Assembly (NCBI RefSeq): GCF_009914755.1
Contig: NC_060937.1
DNA: 64,000 nt
Source: the human T2T-CHM13v2.0 reference genome, Homo sapiens
Strand: one strand, 5' to 3'
The position numbers were made by a program, and so were the translations under genes. Position 1 is the first letter of the stretch, and each line of letters starts with the position of its first letter. Under the pieces are notes generated by a model that was not told the DNA's origin, did no database searches, and worked only from the letters and a program-made list of their open reading frames with translations. Positions 42,993 to 56,469 of the stretch are shown one piece after another.

Positions 42993-44061
42993 GTAGTGAG
43001 TCATGGTGGGGATGCCTGCCTTCCCCCAATTCCTGGTTCATGGTGTCAGTATGACCGAGCTTTATCTTCTGAACAAGGCACAGCCTTCCTTCTAGCAGAG
43101 ATTTTACTAGAATTCCGTACATTATCTGTGATTTGAGGCATCTTCCCTTAATTTCTAATCTTTTTTTCTAAAGGAATAAGATACTTTAATATTTAAAATG
43201 AAAGTTAATTTTGTTTTGGAGAATTTGGAAGACTTTGAAATTAGGAGTTACTGTAATGGGATTAAAGCTTTAGTCATCTAAAAACCATTTTCACTAAAAT
43301 TAAAAATCCTTAAAAGGCAGAGAGGTCTTGGCTAAGGAGTCATATATGGCTTCATTTAGCCCTGGGGTGCAGAGCATGAGAACCCATCCAGCAGTGCCTG
43401 GCGTTCCAGATGGAACTGGATTCAGACCTGTTTCCTCCCAGGAACTTGGTCTAGACAAAGGCTATGCAGGGAGGTACTTGAAGCTGAGAGCATCATGGTT
43501 CGGGTGGTCACTCAGGAGGGAGTGGCACGACCATGACAGGTGCAGCCCCTCAGGGAAGCTTGGCAAGATCTGATATACTGTCAGGTCTCCAGCAGAGACT
43601 GGAGGTTTGTACAGGAGCAGAAACCAAGCCAGAGAATCTAGGCTCAAAGACGGTGCTATCTCAGGCGAGAGGAAGAGGACTAGCCAGAGAGAGATGTGGT
43701 CACGATGGAGTGGGTCCCAGGAGGGCTGGGGCTGCCGAGTGACTCTGTCAGTGCCCTCCAAGAAGGGGTGGAGGTATCTGTAAAACTATTCTTTCTCCCT
43801 TTGTAATGAATAATCAATTTCCAGGGAGAGATTTTGAGACTGTAAGTATCCTGCTCCTCACTGACCTTCAGGGCTGCAGGTGCAGCAGTGCCAGCGCCCA
43901 CTAAAGATTCCTGCCTGCACCCGTCATGGCAAAGCCACGTGAATTACAGTTTGGACACCAGCACTGAGAGTTTCCCAGATTAGAAAACTCAGTGGAATTC
44001 TAGGACTCAGAATTCTTAGAACACTCTTATGGGGCTTAAGCAAAACAAAAACTTTGCTGTA

Positions 44062-44365
44062 TAGTCAGCCCTCTGTGTCCACGTGCTCTGCATCCTCAGA
44101 TTCAACCAACTGTGGATGAAAATATTCAGAAAAAAGACCCAAGAATAACAATACAATAAAAATACAAATAAAATATGACATCAATTTCCATTGTGTAGGT
44201 ATCATAAGTAATCTAGAGGTGCTTTAAAGTATATAGGAAGATGTGCTAGGTTATATGCACATACCATCCCGTTTTGTATCAGAGACTTGAGCATCCGAGG
44301 ATTCTGGTCTGGGGGGCAGGGGAGGATCATGGAACCACTGCCCCAAAGATACCGAGGGGTGACTG
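44062..44365 (-). mobile_element. MER2 (Tigger-family MITE)
   Basis: Terminal repeats agtcagccctc / gaggggtgactg, TA flanks, MER2-like internal sequence. Confidence 0.75.
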
Positions 44366-44594
44366 TAATCTTTAGGCCATGAAAAACTAACTCCATCTAT
44401 TCCCAGAATACACTCTTCATATTTTCAGCTTCTCTGGGATCCTCAGCATGAGGAAAATCGGTGGTTTTGTCTTCACCCTTCATTCCCATCAGGTGAAATC
44501 GGGGAACTACGTCCTGTTCTGTGCCTCAGCCAGCCAGCCCCCTTCTTACCACTGTTATCTTATACTTCTGTTTCTTATTTATTTTATTCTTCAG

Positions 44595-44723
44595 GACATT
44601 GTTACCATAGGAATGCTGTCCTTGCCTTGTGGCTGGCTATGTACAGCCATAGGATTGCCTACAATGTTTGGTTATATTATTTGTGGTGTACTTCTGGGAC
44701 CTTCAGGACTAAATAGTATTAAG
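44595..44723 (+). CDS. TMCO3: TMCO3 exon 5: [43 protein letters not shown] (first CPA2 TM helices)
   Basis: ttcAG / GTAAGA, 129 nt; GLPxxxGYxxxGxxLGP is typical of the Na/H exchanger (KefC-like) family. Confidence 0.95.
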
Positions 44724-45042
44724 GTAAGAACAAAATTGGATTGTTTTGGTATCTGTTTAACAGAATATAAAAAGAGAATTCATGAAGACTAAAAAGTATT
44801 GAATGTGATTAATGCAGATACCAGCTTCGTATAAACCATTTCAAAGATGTCCTTTCAGGTGTCACGGGAAGTCTCTGAACCCTCAGGAAGTCGCTGTGCC
44901 TGTTAGTGAAGGGGCGGTGTTACTGGAGACAACGCCCCTGCTCGTTTCCATTAGTTTTAAGGACTCCATTTCCAGTAACGTGCTGGACCAGGTTATTCAG
45001 ACCACCTTTCACGTGCTGAATGTAACCAAAGTGTTGCATTAA

Positions 45043-45355
<313 letters not shown>

Positions 45356-46185
45356 CATTAACTGTTTTTAAGCATCCCATTCACAACACATGGAAAAGCT
45401 GATTAGCCCCAGTCGAGGCAGTGGGCAGTGGGGCTGTTTGCTGGGCCCCGTCACACTGATGGCACTTCTGACAGGGAGGAAAGGTTCCCAAGCTTCCAGC
45501 TGTCTCCCCACAACACTCACGGTGCGAGCAGCGTGGAGAACGGGTGCCAGAGTGGGTGCCATGAGTCCCACTGGAGGGAGGCGTGCCAGGGGGTGGGACG
45601 GGGAGGAGTGCAGCCTGCTCCCTCCAAGCCTCTTTCCCTCTGCTGCTGGTTGAGCCTGGGACTAGGCCCAGGAGCCCCAGGGCTTTCTCCAGATCGCAGG
45701 GCGGCAGGAGGGGTCTGAGGAGCTCGAGCCCCAGCTGGTGAAGAGGAGCGCGCCCAGCACCCTGGGCCTGGGGAGCGGCTGGCCGGCAGAGGAGCCGCAA
45801 GCCCACGTGTGGGGGCTCCCAGGACAGGGCTCGCCTTGGCAGAATGGCCTCTGGGAAGAACGGCTGTTTCAATGTAGTTTTTGGAGTAGGTCTTTTTCAC
45901 GTGATTCAAGTATAAAACACCAGAGGTGAAAAATCACTTCCTGCCCTTTGCAAATAAAAGCAAATACAAATTTCCTTCCTTCTTTTTCTTAATAGCAAAG
46001 GTGCTCATAAACCAACAAATAAGGTGAAGTGGCTGGGTAACACATACAACTGGATGCTGTAAAAATTATAATTCTTAATAAATCAGCTAAACCATGGAAA
46101 ATAATGTAATTATAAATAGACCAAGATAAAAATCAAAGCACATACTAGCCAAAAGTGAGAAGTGGTTAATCGAAGTACACTGTGT

Positions 46186-46188
<3 letters not shown>

Positions 46189-46232
<44 letters not shown>
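46189..46232. repeat. (TG)n microsatellite ~100 nt upstream of TMCO3 exon 6
   Basis: Visible directly. Confidence 0.95.
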
Positions 46233-46234
<2 letters not shown>

Positions 46235-46338
46235 TTTTGGATACTTCCACCGGGCATACTAGGGCATGATTGTTGAGTTAAGTATACTTAATATGTTAAA
46301 CATGTACAATTATATGGTTTTTCTTTTGTGTTTTTCAG

Positions 46339-46431
46339 TCTATTGTGCAAGTGGAGACATTAGGAGAATTTGGGGTGTTTTTTACTCTTTTTCTTGTTGG
46401 CTTAGAATTTTCTCCAGAAAAGCTAAGAAAG
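46339..46431 (+). CDS. TMCO3: TMCO3 exon 6: [31 protein letters not shown]
   Basis: tttttcAG / GTAAGG, 93 nt; EFGVxFxLFxxGLE CPA2 motif. Confidence 0.95.
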
Positions 46432-47164
46432 GTAAGGACCTCATCAACCTGTTACTGCAGCTAAGGAGCTTCACATCATGTGGTTTTGGTTCATACACTT
46501 TTAACACTTGTTGATGAATTCACTATCAAATGTTTTTAGAATAGAATATGATATTTCGGTTTGATGTTATTTTTGGGACAAATTCAGAAAGATAAAAAAT
46601 ATCAGGTTTGAAAGCGTAGAAATTCAGTGAAGAATTGGAATTTGCCTTCACATGGCTAACTTCAGGAAGGGTCTGGAAAGTAATGTGTGTGAACTTTAAT
46701 AGATGGCTCCCTCTAAGGTGCGAAACTGTTAGAGGGTCAGATGTCATAGAGCTTGCATATTCAGTGTGTTACCCTAGAAAAAACTTTGTCAATTGGAAGT
46801 GAGTTAATTAAAAGACACTTTGTTTTTCCAGACACCGCACAAAAGAGGAAAGTAGCTGATTAAAAGCCAGGGTGGGGAGAGGTAAAATGAACACTGTTCA
46901 TAACAAAAACACCCTGTGAATTAAGATCAGATACCACTTTGCCTGCAGTGCTAGCTGGAAAACTAGCATCGACTTAGCAAAAGTTTTTAAGTGACTGTCA
47001 GATGTAACAGGCATTCTTGAACCAGATTCGTGAGAATCACAACTGTACACCCTTTCTGTATTTTTGGGGTTTTTTTTCCACGAAAGACTTGGTCATTTTA
47101 AACAAAGTGACTTAATTTACAGTGTCTGGTTTGCCTAATCATTCAGCTCTCTCATGTAGTATTC

Positions 47165-48090
47165 CTTCTTTTTTTAATTTAAAATTTTTTTATTTCAATA
47201 GGTTGTTGGGAACAGGTGGTGTTTGGTTACATGCGTAGGTTCTTTAGTGGTGATCTGTGAGATTTTGGTGCACCTGTCACCAGAGCAGTGTACACTGCTC
47301 CCGATGTGTAGTCTTTTATCCCTCGCCACCCACCACCCTTTGCCCCAAGTCCGCAGAGTCCAGTGTGTCATTCTTACACATTTGTGTCCTCATAGCTTAG
47401 CTCCCGCTTAGGAGTGAGATCATACGACGTTTGATTTTCCATTCCTGAGTTACTGCACTTAGAATAATGGTCTCCAGTTCCATCCAGGTTGCTACAAATA
47501 CCCCTTTTTTGTTCCTTTTTATGGCTGAGTAGTATTCCATGGTATATAAATACCACATTTTCTATTGATGGGCATTTGGGCTGGTTCCATATTTTTGCAA
47601 CTGCAAATCGTGCTGCTCTAGACATGTGCATGCAAGTCTCTTTTTCGTATAATGACTTATTTTCCCCTGGCAGTGGGGTTGCTGGATCAAATGGTAGAGC
47701 TACTTTTAGTTCTCTGAGCAACCTCCACACTGTTTTCCTTAGTGGTTGTGCTAGTTTACGCTCCCACCAGCAGTGCAGAAGTGTTCCCTGTTCCCCACAT
47801 CCCTGCCAACATCTATTCTTTTCATTTTTTGGTTACGGCCATTCTTGGAGGAGTAAGGTATTGCATTGTGGTTTTGATTTGCATTTTCCTGATCATTAGT
47901 GATGTTCAGCATTTTTTTATGTCTGTTGGCCATTTGTATATCTTCTTTAGAGAATTGTCTATTTATATCCTTAGCCCACTTTTGGATGGGGTTGTTTGTT
48001 TTTTTCTTGCTGACTTTTTTGAGTTCTTTGTAGATTCTGGATATTAGTCCTTTGTCGGATGTATAGATTGTGGAGATTTTCTCCAGCTCT
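47165..48090 (-). mobile_element. L1PB-type 3' end (ORF2 C-terminus + 3'UTR)
   Basis: Minus ORFs with L1 ORF2 words ([61 protein letters not shown]). Confidence 0.9.
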
Positions 48091-48949
48091 TTGGATTTGT
48101 ACACTCTTTTTGGAGAGCTGTCTAGCAATTTGACCTAAAAGCCTTAAAATGTACATATGCCTTGACCTGGTAGTTCTTCTAGGTCTCTCTCCAAAGGAAA
48201 GAATCAAACATAAGTTTTTAAAAAATTTACCCACAAAAGGTTTCACCTCCTCATTGTAAATTTTTAAGAAACAGTGGAACCAGTCCTGAGCATCTAACGG
48301 TCAGTTCAGCTGCGGCGTGACTACCATGGAGTGTTAGGTAGCCACTGCAAAGTAACAAGAGCATCAGCAACAGAGCAAAATATCGGTTGGAAAGCTAAAT
48401 GTGGGGAAAAAAGGAGCATGTAACATGACCGCGGCAATGTAAAAGAAGCACCAATACATGGGGGAAAAATGGGAAAGAAGCGTTCCGGGTAGCCATGATG
48501 ACTTCTGGTTTCTTCTCCATATTTTCCAAATTTTCTATAATAAGCAGTCAATACTTTGTCATTAGGAGGAAGAATAAACTTTTCTTTTAAAGGCTTGTGT
48601 TTACTTTCAGAAGTCAACTCTGATCTCACTGGCATGTTTTTCTTTATACTCTCTTCCCATTTGCTTCCTCAGTTCATCCTCTTACCTAGAACTTTTTGTT
48701 TTCTTTATCTTTCTGTTTTTCCACTAAAAGCTCCGTTTTTCCATCTTCCCATTACTCTCCCTTTCCTGTGTACACTCCTGAAGACAGGCATCCTCATAAG
48801 GTGTTCTGAATTAACTTTAGGGTGTTCTCCAGGTACTTTGCATCTTTTTATATTTCTTGTAAATTGTTAATTTCTAAGCTCCATGATTAAAGAGAATTCA
48901 CCACTCTCCTGGGTCCTAATGAAAAGCTGTGTCATCCTTGCCGTTAATC

Positions 48950-49290
48950 CTGTGGAGGAGACTGTTGTGGGTGGGGAGGGTAAGGGAGCGTGGGCCGCGT
49001 GGCTGCCTGGCCTGTGGAGGAAGGAGCCTGTTACGGGTGGGGAGGGTAAGGGGGCGTGGGCCACGTGGCTGCCTGGCCTGTGGAGGAAGGAGCCTGTTAT
49101 GGGTGGGGAGGGTAAGGGGGAGTGGGCCGCGTGCTGCCTGGCCTGTGGAGGAAGAGGCTGTTATGGGTGGGGAGGGTAAGGGGGTGTCAGCCAGTGGCTG
49201 CCTGGCCTGTGGAGGAAGAAGCTGTTATGGGTGGGGAGGGTAAGGGGGAGTGGGCCGCGTGGCTGCCTGGCCTGTGGAGGAGCCTGTTAT
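48950..49290. repeat. ~65-bp G-rich VNTR, ~5 copies
   Basis: Units containing GGGTGGGGAGGGTAAGGG. Confidence 0.93.
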
Positions 49291-49388
49291 AGGGGGTTTG
49301 GGGATGTGGCTGTCCAGTGCCCTGTCTCACCAGTGTCCCACGAGACTCCGTAAAAACACAAGGCCTCCATTCCATGGTGCAGCATGGG

Positions 49389-49422
49389 CGTGTGTGTGTG
49401 AGTGTGTGTGTGTGTGTGTGTG
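49389..49422. repeat. (TG)n microsatellite
   Basis: Visible directly. Confidence 0.92.
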
Positions 49423-51739
49423 TAATTTAGAGAGGTTTGCAGCAAAGGGCAATTTAGGGCCAACCCGTAGGGGAGGTGGGAGGGATGAAGTTCTGGCTGT
49501 GCAGCAGAGCGTCAACAAGGCACTGATCTGCCTGGACCTGTGTTCCTCTCCTGTACAGTGAGGAATCTAGAAGGCTCCAGTGTCTTCTGGCTCTGCATTT
49601 TCATAGTTTGTATTTTTCTCCACTATAGTATTCACAGTTAAATAAAAAATAATGTTGTATAACGTAAGGTGGAGGTAATTGTGAGCAGCGTGAGCATGTG
49701 CTTCATCAGGCCTGCTGTCGTCTAATGGTGCTTCCGAGGGTTTGCACCCGGTTCTGAAGTGCCTGCTTGGTGGTGTAGACTCGGGGGCTTGGCAAGAGGC
49801 TGGCGTTCTCTGTTAGTAAGTTGTGCTCAGCTGCCCTGCGTGGTGACAGAGTCAGATGCGTGGAAGGACACTGGATTGGGACTCAGGAGACGTCTGTGAA
49901 ACTCCTTGCTGACATCTGATTGAGTGGGGCTGGGCAGGGTTCCTTCTGTGTCTGGGATGTGCGGGTGTCTTGGCGCTGACGAGGGTCTCCCGGTCCCAAC
50001 TCCTCTCACCCGTTGCCGAGCCTGTGCTGCTGTCCCCGGAGGGAGCCGTCGGAGTCTGGCCCCACCCTGGTTCATGGAGACGGCATCCCGCTGTTTTTCT
50101 AAGTCTGTGGACTCGGATTGCAGATCTGTATCCACCCAGAAAACGACATTATTAAGCAATGTGTTTATTTTCCCCTTTTTATTACTCAGGTATAAATATC
50201 TGGCCAAGCTTTAGAATAACCTGAGATACCCGGAGTGACTTTTCTGAACTGATGAGCCTCCTGCCACGTGGGTTAGCTTGCACACCACACTTATGGGTGG
50301 GAAAATAATTTCCTTGGGTTTTTGAAATGTTAATACTTGCCAGAAGGCCCCTCTTAGGACTTCTAAAGATATGATTAGAAACTACTTGGAACACTGAAGC
50401 CCCGAAACTGCGCCGTGCATAGTGCTGAGGAAAGCTGCCCACTCTGTTCTCGCCCTTGTAGCTGCTCGCTCCTCTAGCCTGACTTCAACTGTTCCTTAAA
50501 CTTGATCTCTTAAGAGTCTGTCAGTTTCTGCCTCTCTCCAGATTGTTTCTCAAGTCATTGTGGTTGGGAGTTTCGTTTGCTTCTGTCTTGTATCTTCTCT
50601 GTTCTAACTACAAATACCTGTTGAGCACCTGTGGTGTTCCAGGCCCTTCAGGGGCTGCTGGGTGAGGCAGGTATAACGTACGTGTGTGCCTACCCTGCGG
50701 CTTGTATTTTGGGATTTCAGGAGAATGTGTCTTGGCGCCGGGGGTGCCAAGGGGCCCTCCCGTCAGCGCCTCCTGACCTTCAGCCCACAGGCAGCCATCT
50801 GGGGGGCTTGGTAACCCACAGATTCTGACCTGGGCGCACCTGCAGATGGGGTTTCTGATGCATGCACGGGTCCCGTGTTGAACAGGAAGCTTCTTACTCT
50901 CACCTGTGCCCCTGTGGCCTTTCCTGGTGCCGTTTCCCACTGTGGTGTCTGGACACCTTTCTCCCAGGGCCCTCCTGGCTGGAATGTGGGGTAACACAAG
51001 ATAATAACGTCAGACAAGGTTCACCCTGGTAATGACCTCAGAGATAACAGAGTCTCGCCTGTTCTCTATAGAAACTAAAGCTAGAGAGATTGCTACCCAC
51101 CCAGGGCGCACAGCGAGTTAGTGGCAGATCAGGCCTCAACTCCATGTGTCCCTTGAGGGTTAGGAAGACCCAGAATTAGAGCTGGCTAACACTGCTTGCA
51201 GGAGTAACCCCCACGCCCGTGGCCTCCTCAGGCTGCAGCCAGCGTGGACAGCACGGGTGCTTCCATTGCTCTTCGGCCGTGATATTCGGAAGAGGAAGGG
51301 TGTGAGACGCGCTCTGTGATAACCATCACAATTGCCAAGCATAGGAAGTAGAGAAAAGAAATTCAGAGGCAGGCTTTGTGGGACCGACCCTTCCCCTCCT
51401 TGTGGAAGGAGAGAGGGGGCCGAGCAGAGTAGAGACTTACCTGAGTCTCCGCAGCCCAGAGCTGTTAAGTGGCATCTGCTGGCCTCCTGTCACATGACAT
51501 CTCAGTGTTCAGATGAAGTGAGCCCGGGCCTCATGGGGTTGGAAGGCACTGTGCTTCCCCTTTGGGGTCCGGAAGCTCCATGGTGGACAAGCAGGCCAGC
51601 TGGTCACAACTGTGGGAAGCTGGGGCGTGTCTGCTCATTTCCCTGATTCTCAAAAAAAAAGTTGTAATTTTGCAAGAAGTGTTATTTTTCACTAAGAACT
51701 AGGTGGGGAGGGAAAGGCTCACATGCTCCAAAGCACCCA

Positions 51740-52330
51740 AGGTACATTGGGGCTGGCGGGCTTGGTGGGTGGGTCCCCCCGGAGCTGCCTGAGTACGTTG
51801 GGACTGGCAGGCTTGGCGGGTGGGTCCCCCCTGGAGCTGCCGGTGTATGTTGGGACTGGCGGGCTTGGCGGGTGGGTCCCCTGACACTGCCTGTGTATGT
51901 TGGGGCTGGTGGGCTTGGCGGGTGGGTCCCCTGACACTGCCTGTGTATGTTGGGGCTGGTGGGCTTGGTGGGTGGGTCCCCCCTGGAGGTGCCTGAGTAT
52001 GTTGGGGCTGGCGGGCTTGGCAGGTGGGTCCCCCCTGGAGCTGCCTGTGTATGTTGGGACTGGCGGGCTTGGTGGGTGGGTCCCCCTGGCGCTGCCTGTC
52101 TATGTTGGGACTGGTGGGCTTGGTGGGTGGGTCCCCCCTGGAGCTTCCTGTGTTAGGATGGCAGGCTTGGTGGGTGGGTCCCCCCTGGAGCTGCCTATGT
52201 TGGGGCTGGTGGGCTTGGTGGGTGGGTCCTCTGGAGCTGCCTGTCTATGTTGGGACTGGCGGGCTTGGTGGGTGGGTCCCCCCTGGAGCTGCCTATGTTG
52301 GGACTGGCAGGCTTCTTGGGTGGGCTCTCC
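51740..52330. repeat. ~50-52-bp G-rich VNTR, ~11 copies
   Basis: gtatgttggggctggtgggcttggtgggtgggtcccccctggagctgcct units. Confidence 0.93.
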
Positions 52331-52689
52331 CGGAGCCGCATGTGCCCGGCTGCTCCATGACGCCTATGTTTAGCCACACAGCCCCTGCACCCCTTCCTTC
52401 TAGGGCCCCCACCCCAACTTTCACTTTCTGTAGAGGGCCTGGAATTAGGGAATTGATGCTTATATTGATTGGGACCATGCAGTGAGGAGAAAAAAATATG
52501 AATGAGCACTTCACGTGGAATAGGAGGAGTTCCAGGTTAATTTCTTTGGTTGATGTATCGTATTTATGTTTATATGTCGGTAGTTTTTATTATTTTACGA
52601 TTGAAGCGTGCTTTCTTCCACCTTCCCGTCTGGTTTAACACAGTGCTGAGTGCACCCCGAGGCACTATAGAGCCGCTTCGAATGCCGAG

Positions 52690-52925
52690 CCACAGGGCCT
52701 GGGTGCACTTCCTGGCTCCAACATTTACTGGCCACGTGACCTTGGGCGAGTCACTTAACCTGTGTGTGCCTCGGTGTTTTCATCTGAAAGTGGGGAAAAT
52801 GGTCATCTTGAGCTCAGGGTGTTCTGAGGATTAGGTTCTATTCACACACATGGGGAGAGAGTGCGTGTGCGTGTATTGTGTGTGTGCAGCCCTGTGACAG
52901 TGCCTGGCACAGAGGAAGCCCTGTG
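52690..52925 (+). mobile_element. MIR
   Basis: gtgaccttgggcgagtcacttaacct...catctgaaagtgggga MIR core. Confidence 0.72.
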
Positions 52926-53080
52926 TGAGGATTCACCATGTTCAGATGGTGACCCCAGCGTTGCTTCACAAAAGCTCAGCTCTGCCTCCTTTCCTGGATG
53001 CAGAAATGCGTGAAGTCTGTGTGGTGTGGTCATTGCCTGTTGTCACTAAAAAGTGTGTGACTCACTGTGTTCTCTTTAAG

Positions 53081-53267
53081 GTGTGGAAGATTTCCTTACA
53101 AGGGCCGTGTTACATGACACTGTTAATGATTGCATTTGGCTTGCTGTGGGGGCATCTCTTGCGGATCAAACCCACGCAGAGCGTCTTCATTTCCACGTGT
53201 CTGTCCTTGTCAAGCACACCCCTCGTGTCCAGGTTCCTCATGGGCAGTGCTCGGGGTGACAAAGAAG
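53081..53267 (+). CDS. TMCO3: TMCO3 exon 7: [20 protein letters not shown]...[22 protein letters not shown](G)
   Basis: tttaAG acceptor, G|GTAGGT donor, 187 nt, ends in phase 1; LSST motif. Confidence 0.95.
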
Positions 53268-53768
53268 GTAGGTGACGGCATGTTCTGAGTGCGTGTCTAA
53301 TTCATGCTCGTGTGTAGGTGACTTTTGGATTCACAGTTGAGGGCATGTGAGGAAAAATTGCAAAGTCTTATTTCCCCTCTTAGGACTTTCCTAACCATGG
53401 TGGATACCAGGGCTTACATTCTGCAAGGAAATGGTGTCCCTGTGAACTCAGCTCCTCCAAACCTCCACTTCTCCACTTGATTAAGAAAAATGCCCGTGAG
53501 GATTGATTGAGGGCCAGAGAGAAATTGGACCAAGATTTTGAAAAACCAGTCAGCACTGGAAAATGACCTGTGGAACTGGTGGATTTTAGGAAGTTGCGTA
53601 TGTTTTGCTGCTTTAATTCTAGCAGGCACTGGGAATTGATACACTTTTGATACTTTCTTCCTGTGAAATCAAGGTGCTTTGGTAACTGAAGGTGTTCCCG
53701 ACTCTTTGGCTTTGGCCTTAGTTTCATCGTATGTATGAAACATTGCCGCTTCTAAGTCGTGACTGTTT

Positions 53769-53996
53769 AGTGGAAGCCGACTTGCTCGGAGCCTAGGCAG
53801 GACCGTGTCCCTCTGCGGGGAGGACAGTGGAAGCCGACTCACTCGGAAGCCTAGGCAGGACCGTGTCCCTGTGCGGGGAGGACAGTGGAAGCCGACTTGC
53901 TCGGAGCCTAGGCAGGACCGTGTCCCTGTGCGGGGAGGACAGTGGAAGCCGACTCACTCGGAAACCTAGGCAGGACCGTGTCCCTGTGCGGGGAGG
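53769..53996. repeat. 57/58-bp tandem repeat, 4 copies (ABAB)
   Basis: Unit starts at 53769, 53826, 53884, 53941. Confidence 0.93.
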
Positions 53997-54734
53997 CTTG
54001 GCAGGTGGCTGTTTCTGACAGCCTGCCTACCCACTGGGTAAGCTGTCACTGTTTTGCTCTTATTTTGTAAAAGTCAGTAAAATACGGGGTCGAAATGTCA
54101 CAGTCACTTCACTCTGACGTTCACCCTGCACAGAACACACAGGCATAGAAGAGAAAATACGGAAAGAGAAAACCAAAGAGGTATGTCTGACCTCTCCCAT
54201 AAACCGAGAGGCTCTGTGCCGGCAACTGAGAGGCTGAGCAGAGCTGGCCATGGGCCGCCAAGCAGGGTGCTGGAGCATGTGGGACCCACATGTGCCCTCA
54301 CTGTGTGACAGGCAGTTGGGAAGCATCTGTCTGTGAAAGGAGGCAGGGAAAACTTTTTAAAAATCTGCGGCTTTCTGCGGGGCCTGAGGCGCCAGTAGGA
54401 CACGGATGCAGCCTCCCTGCTAGACGCTGGACGGGTGGCCCCGGCCATGGGCCTCCTCCGTGCTGGTGCCAGCATCCCTGTGGGCTGGTCCTAGGGTCAG
54501 CCCCATCGTGAGACTGGACAGGGTTGGAGGGTCGGGGGCTGAGTGAAATGAAAAAAGACCAAGTGGGGACCAGGAACGACGCATGAAAACAGCTCCTAGT
54601 TTAGTGGCCCGCACACGGGACACCCACACCTGTGAAGAAATCTGTGGCTGGAAAAGAGCTGACGGACTCAGCAGTCACAGCGTGAACTGCCCTTATGGAC
54701 AGAGAAGCTTCACAAAGACTTCAAAATCAGTGCA

Positions 54735-55815
54735 CGGTGTATATACACTCGGAGGTGTGCAGTATATATACACTCGGAGTCACGGAGGCCGGGACTGGAG
54801 AGGCAGAGGGCCGGAGTGTAGATGGAGAGGGTCAGTATATATACACTCGGAGTCGCGGGGGCCGGGACTGGAGAGGGAGAGGGTTGGAGTGTAGATGGAG
54901 AGGGTCAGTATATATATATACTTGGAGTCTCAGGGGCCGGGACTGGAGAGGGAGAGGGTTGGTGTGTAGATGGAGAGGGTCAGTATATATACACTCGGAG
55001 TCGCGGGGGCCGGGACTGGAGAGGCAGAGGGCCGGAGTGTAGATGGAGAGGGTCAGTATATATACACTCGGAGTCGCGGGGGCCGGGACTGGAGAGGGAG
55101 AGGGTTGGAGTGTAGATGGAGAGGGTCAGTATATATATACACTCGGAGTCTCAGGGGCCGGGACTGGAGAGGGAGAGGGTTGGTGTGTAGATGGAGAGGG
55201 TCAGTATATATGGACTCAGAGCCCCAGGGGCCGGAGTGTAGACGGAGAGGGTTGGAGTGTAGATGGAGAGGGTCAGTATATATAGACTCAGAGCCTCAGT
55301 GGCCGGAGTGTAGATGGAGGGGGTTGGAGCGTAGATGGAGAAGGTTGGAGTGTAGACGGAGAGGGTTGGAGAGTAGATGGAGAGGGTCAGTGTACATAGA
55401 CTCGGAGCCCCAGGTGCTGGAACTGGAAGGGGGCCGGAGTGTAAACGGAGAGAGTCAGTATATATAGATTTGGAGCCCCAGGTGCTGGGACTGGAAGGGG
55501 GCTGGAGTGTAGATGGAGAGAGTCAGTATATATAGATTTGGAGCCCCAGGTGCTGGAACTGGAAGGGGGCCGGAGTGTAGACGGAGAGAGTCAGTATATA
55601 TAGATTTGGAGCCCCAGGTGCTGGGACTGGAAGGGGGCCAGAGTGTAGACGGAGAGGGTCAGTATATGTGGACTCGGAGCCCCAGGTGCTGGGACTGGAA
55701 GGGGGCCAGAGTGTAGATGGAGAGGGTCAGTATATATGGACTCGGAGCCCCAGGGGCCAGAATGTAGATGGAGAGGGTCAGTATATATAGACTCAGAGCC
55801 CCAGGGGCCGAGACT
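54735..55815. repeat. Compound VNTR (~75-bp, ~22-bp and ~65-bp units)
   Basis: Shared core ggagtgtagatggagagggtcagtatatata. Confidence 0.92.
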
Positions 55816-56469
55816 GGAAAGAGGACCTGGTAGGTTTTCAGAACTCGAGACAGGAGCCCATCTCCAACACTGATGGGATAAGGGGAAATAAGTCCACCCA
55901 GGCATGTCATGTTCTGCAGCTGAGCATGAAGTAGAAGGGAACGTCTGAACACTTGGCAGAAAAGACAGGTGGTTTAAAAAGGAACAGCAAATAATTGGGC
56001 TGATAGGACACGTCTCCTCGGCAACGTCAGATGGTGGGAGATAGCGGATAGGTAACCCACACCCTGGGGAGACAAGTCATGTGTGCCCAGTGAAAGTACC
56101 ATCCAAGAGTAGGGGGTAAAATGCAGGCATTTCTGATGTGCAAAGACCCCAGAGCACCGCCCACCCAGCAGTCCCCACAGGGCCCAGACCCAGGCCCTGC
56201 AGAGGCAGAGCTGGGCGTGGAAGCAGCAGGGAGACAGAGGGGGCTAGAAGGTGATACATTTAGTCAGTTATGACTGTTAGAAAAGGAGATGTTTGAGTTT
56301 GTTTTTTTAAAGGCCAGGCTAAAACTCTAGATAGTAAGAAGATAGGAGGGTTGCATGTTTGGGAGGTAGTTAGAGTCAAGGACTTGGACACTGAAAGGAA
56401 ATTTACAGTTAGACATGTTAAATGTGTAATATACCCACAGCACAGTTAGAAATTGTAATTTGAAAAAAA

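Noticed and set aside
44724-44792. In-frame read-through after TMCO3 exon 5
   Set aside because: Donor AAG|GTAAGA is strong and a 22-codon extension is expected by chance.
47374-48246. L1 ORF2-like peptides as an active retroelement
   Set aside because: Short, frameshifted 3' fragment; no intact EN/RT.
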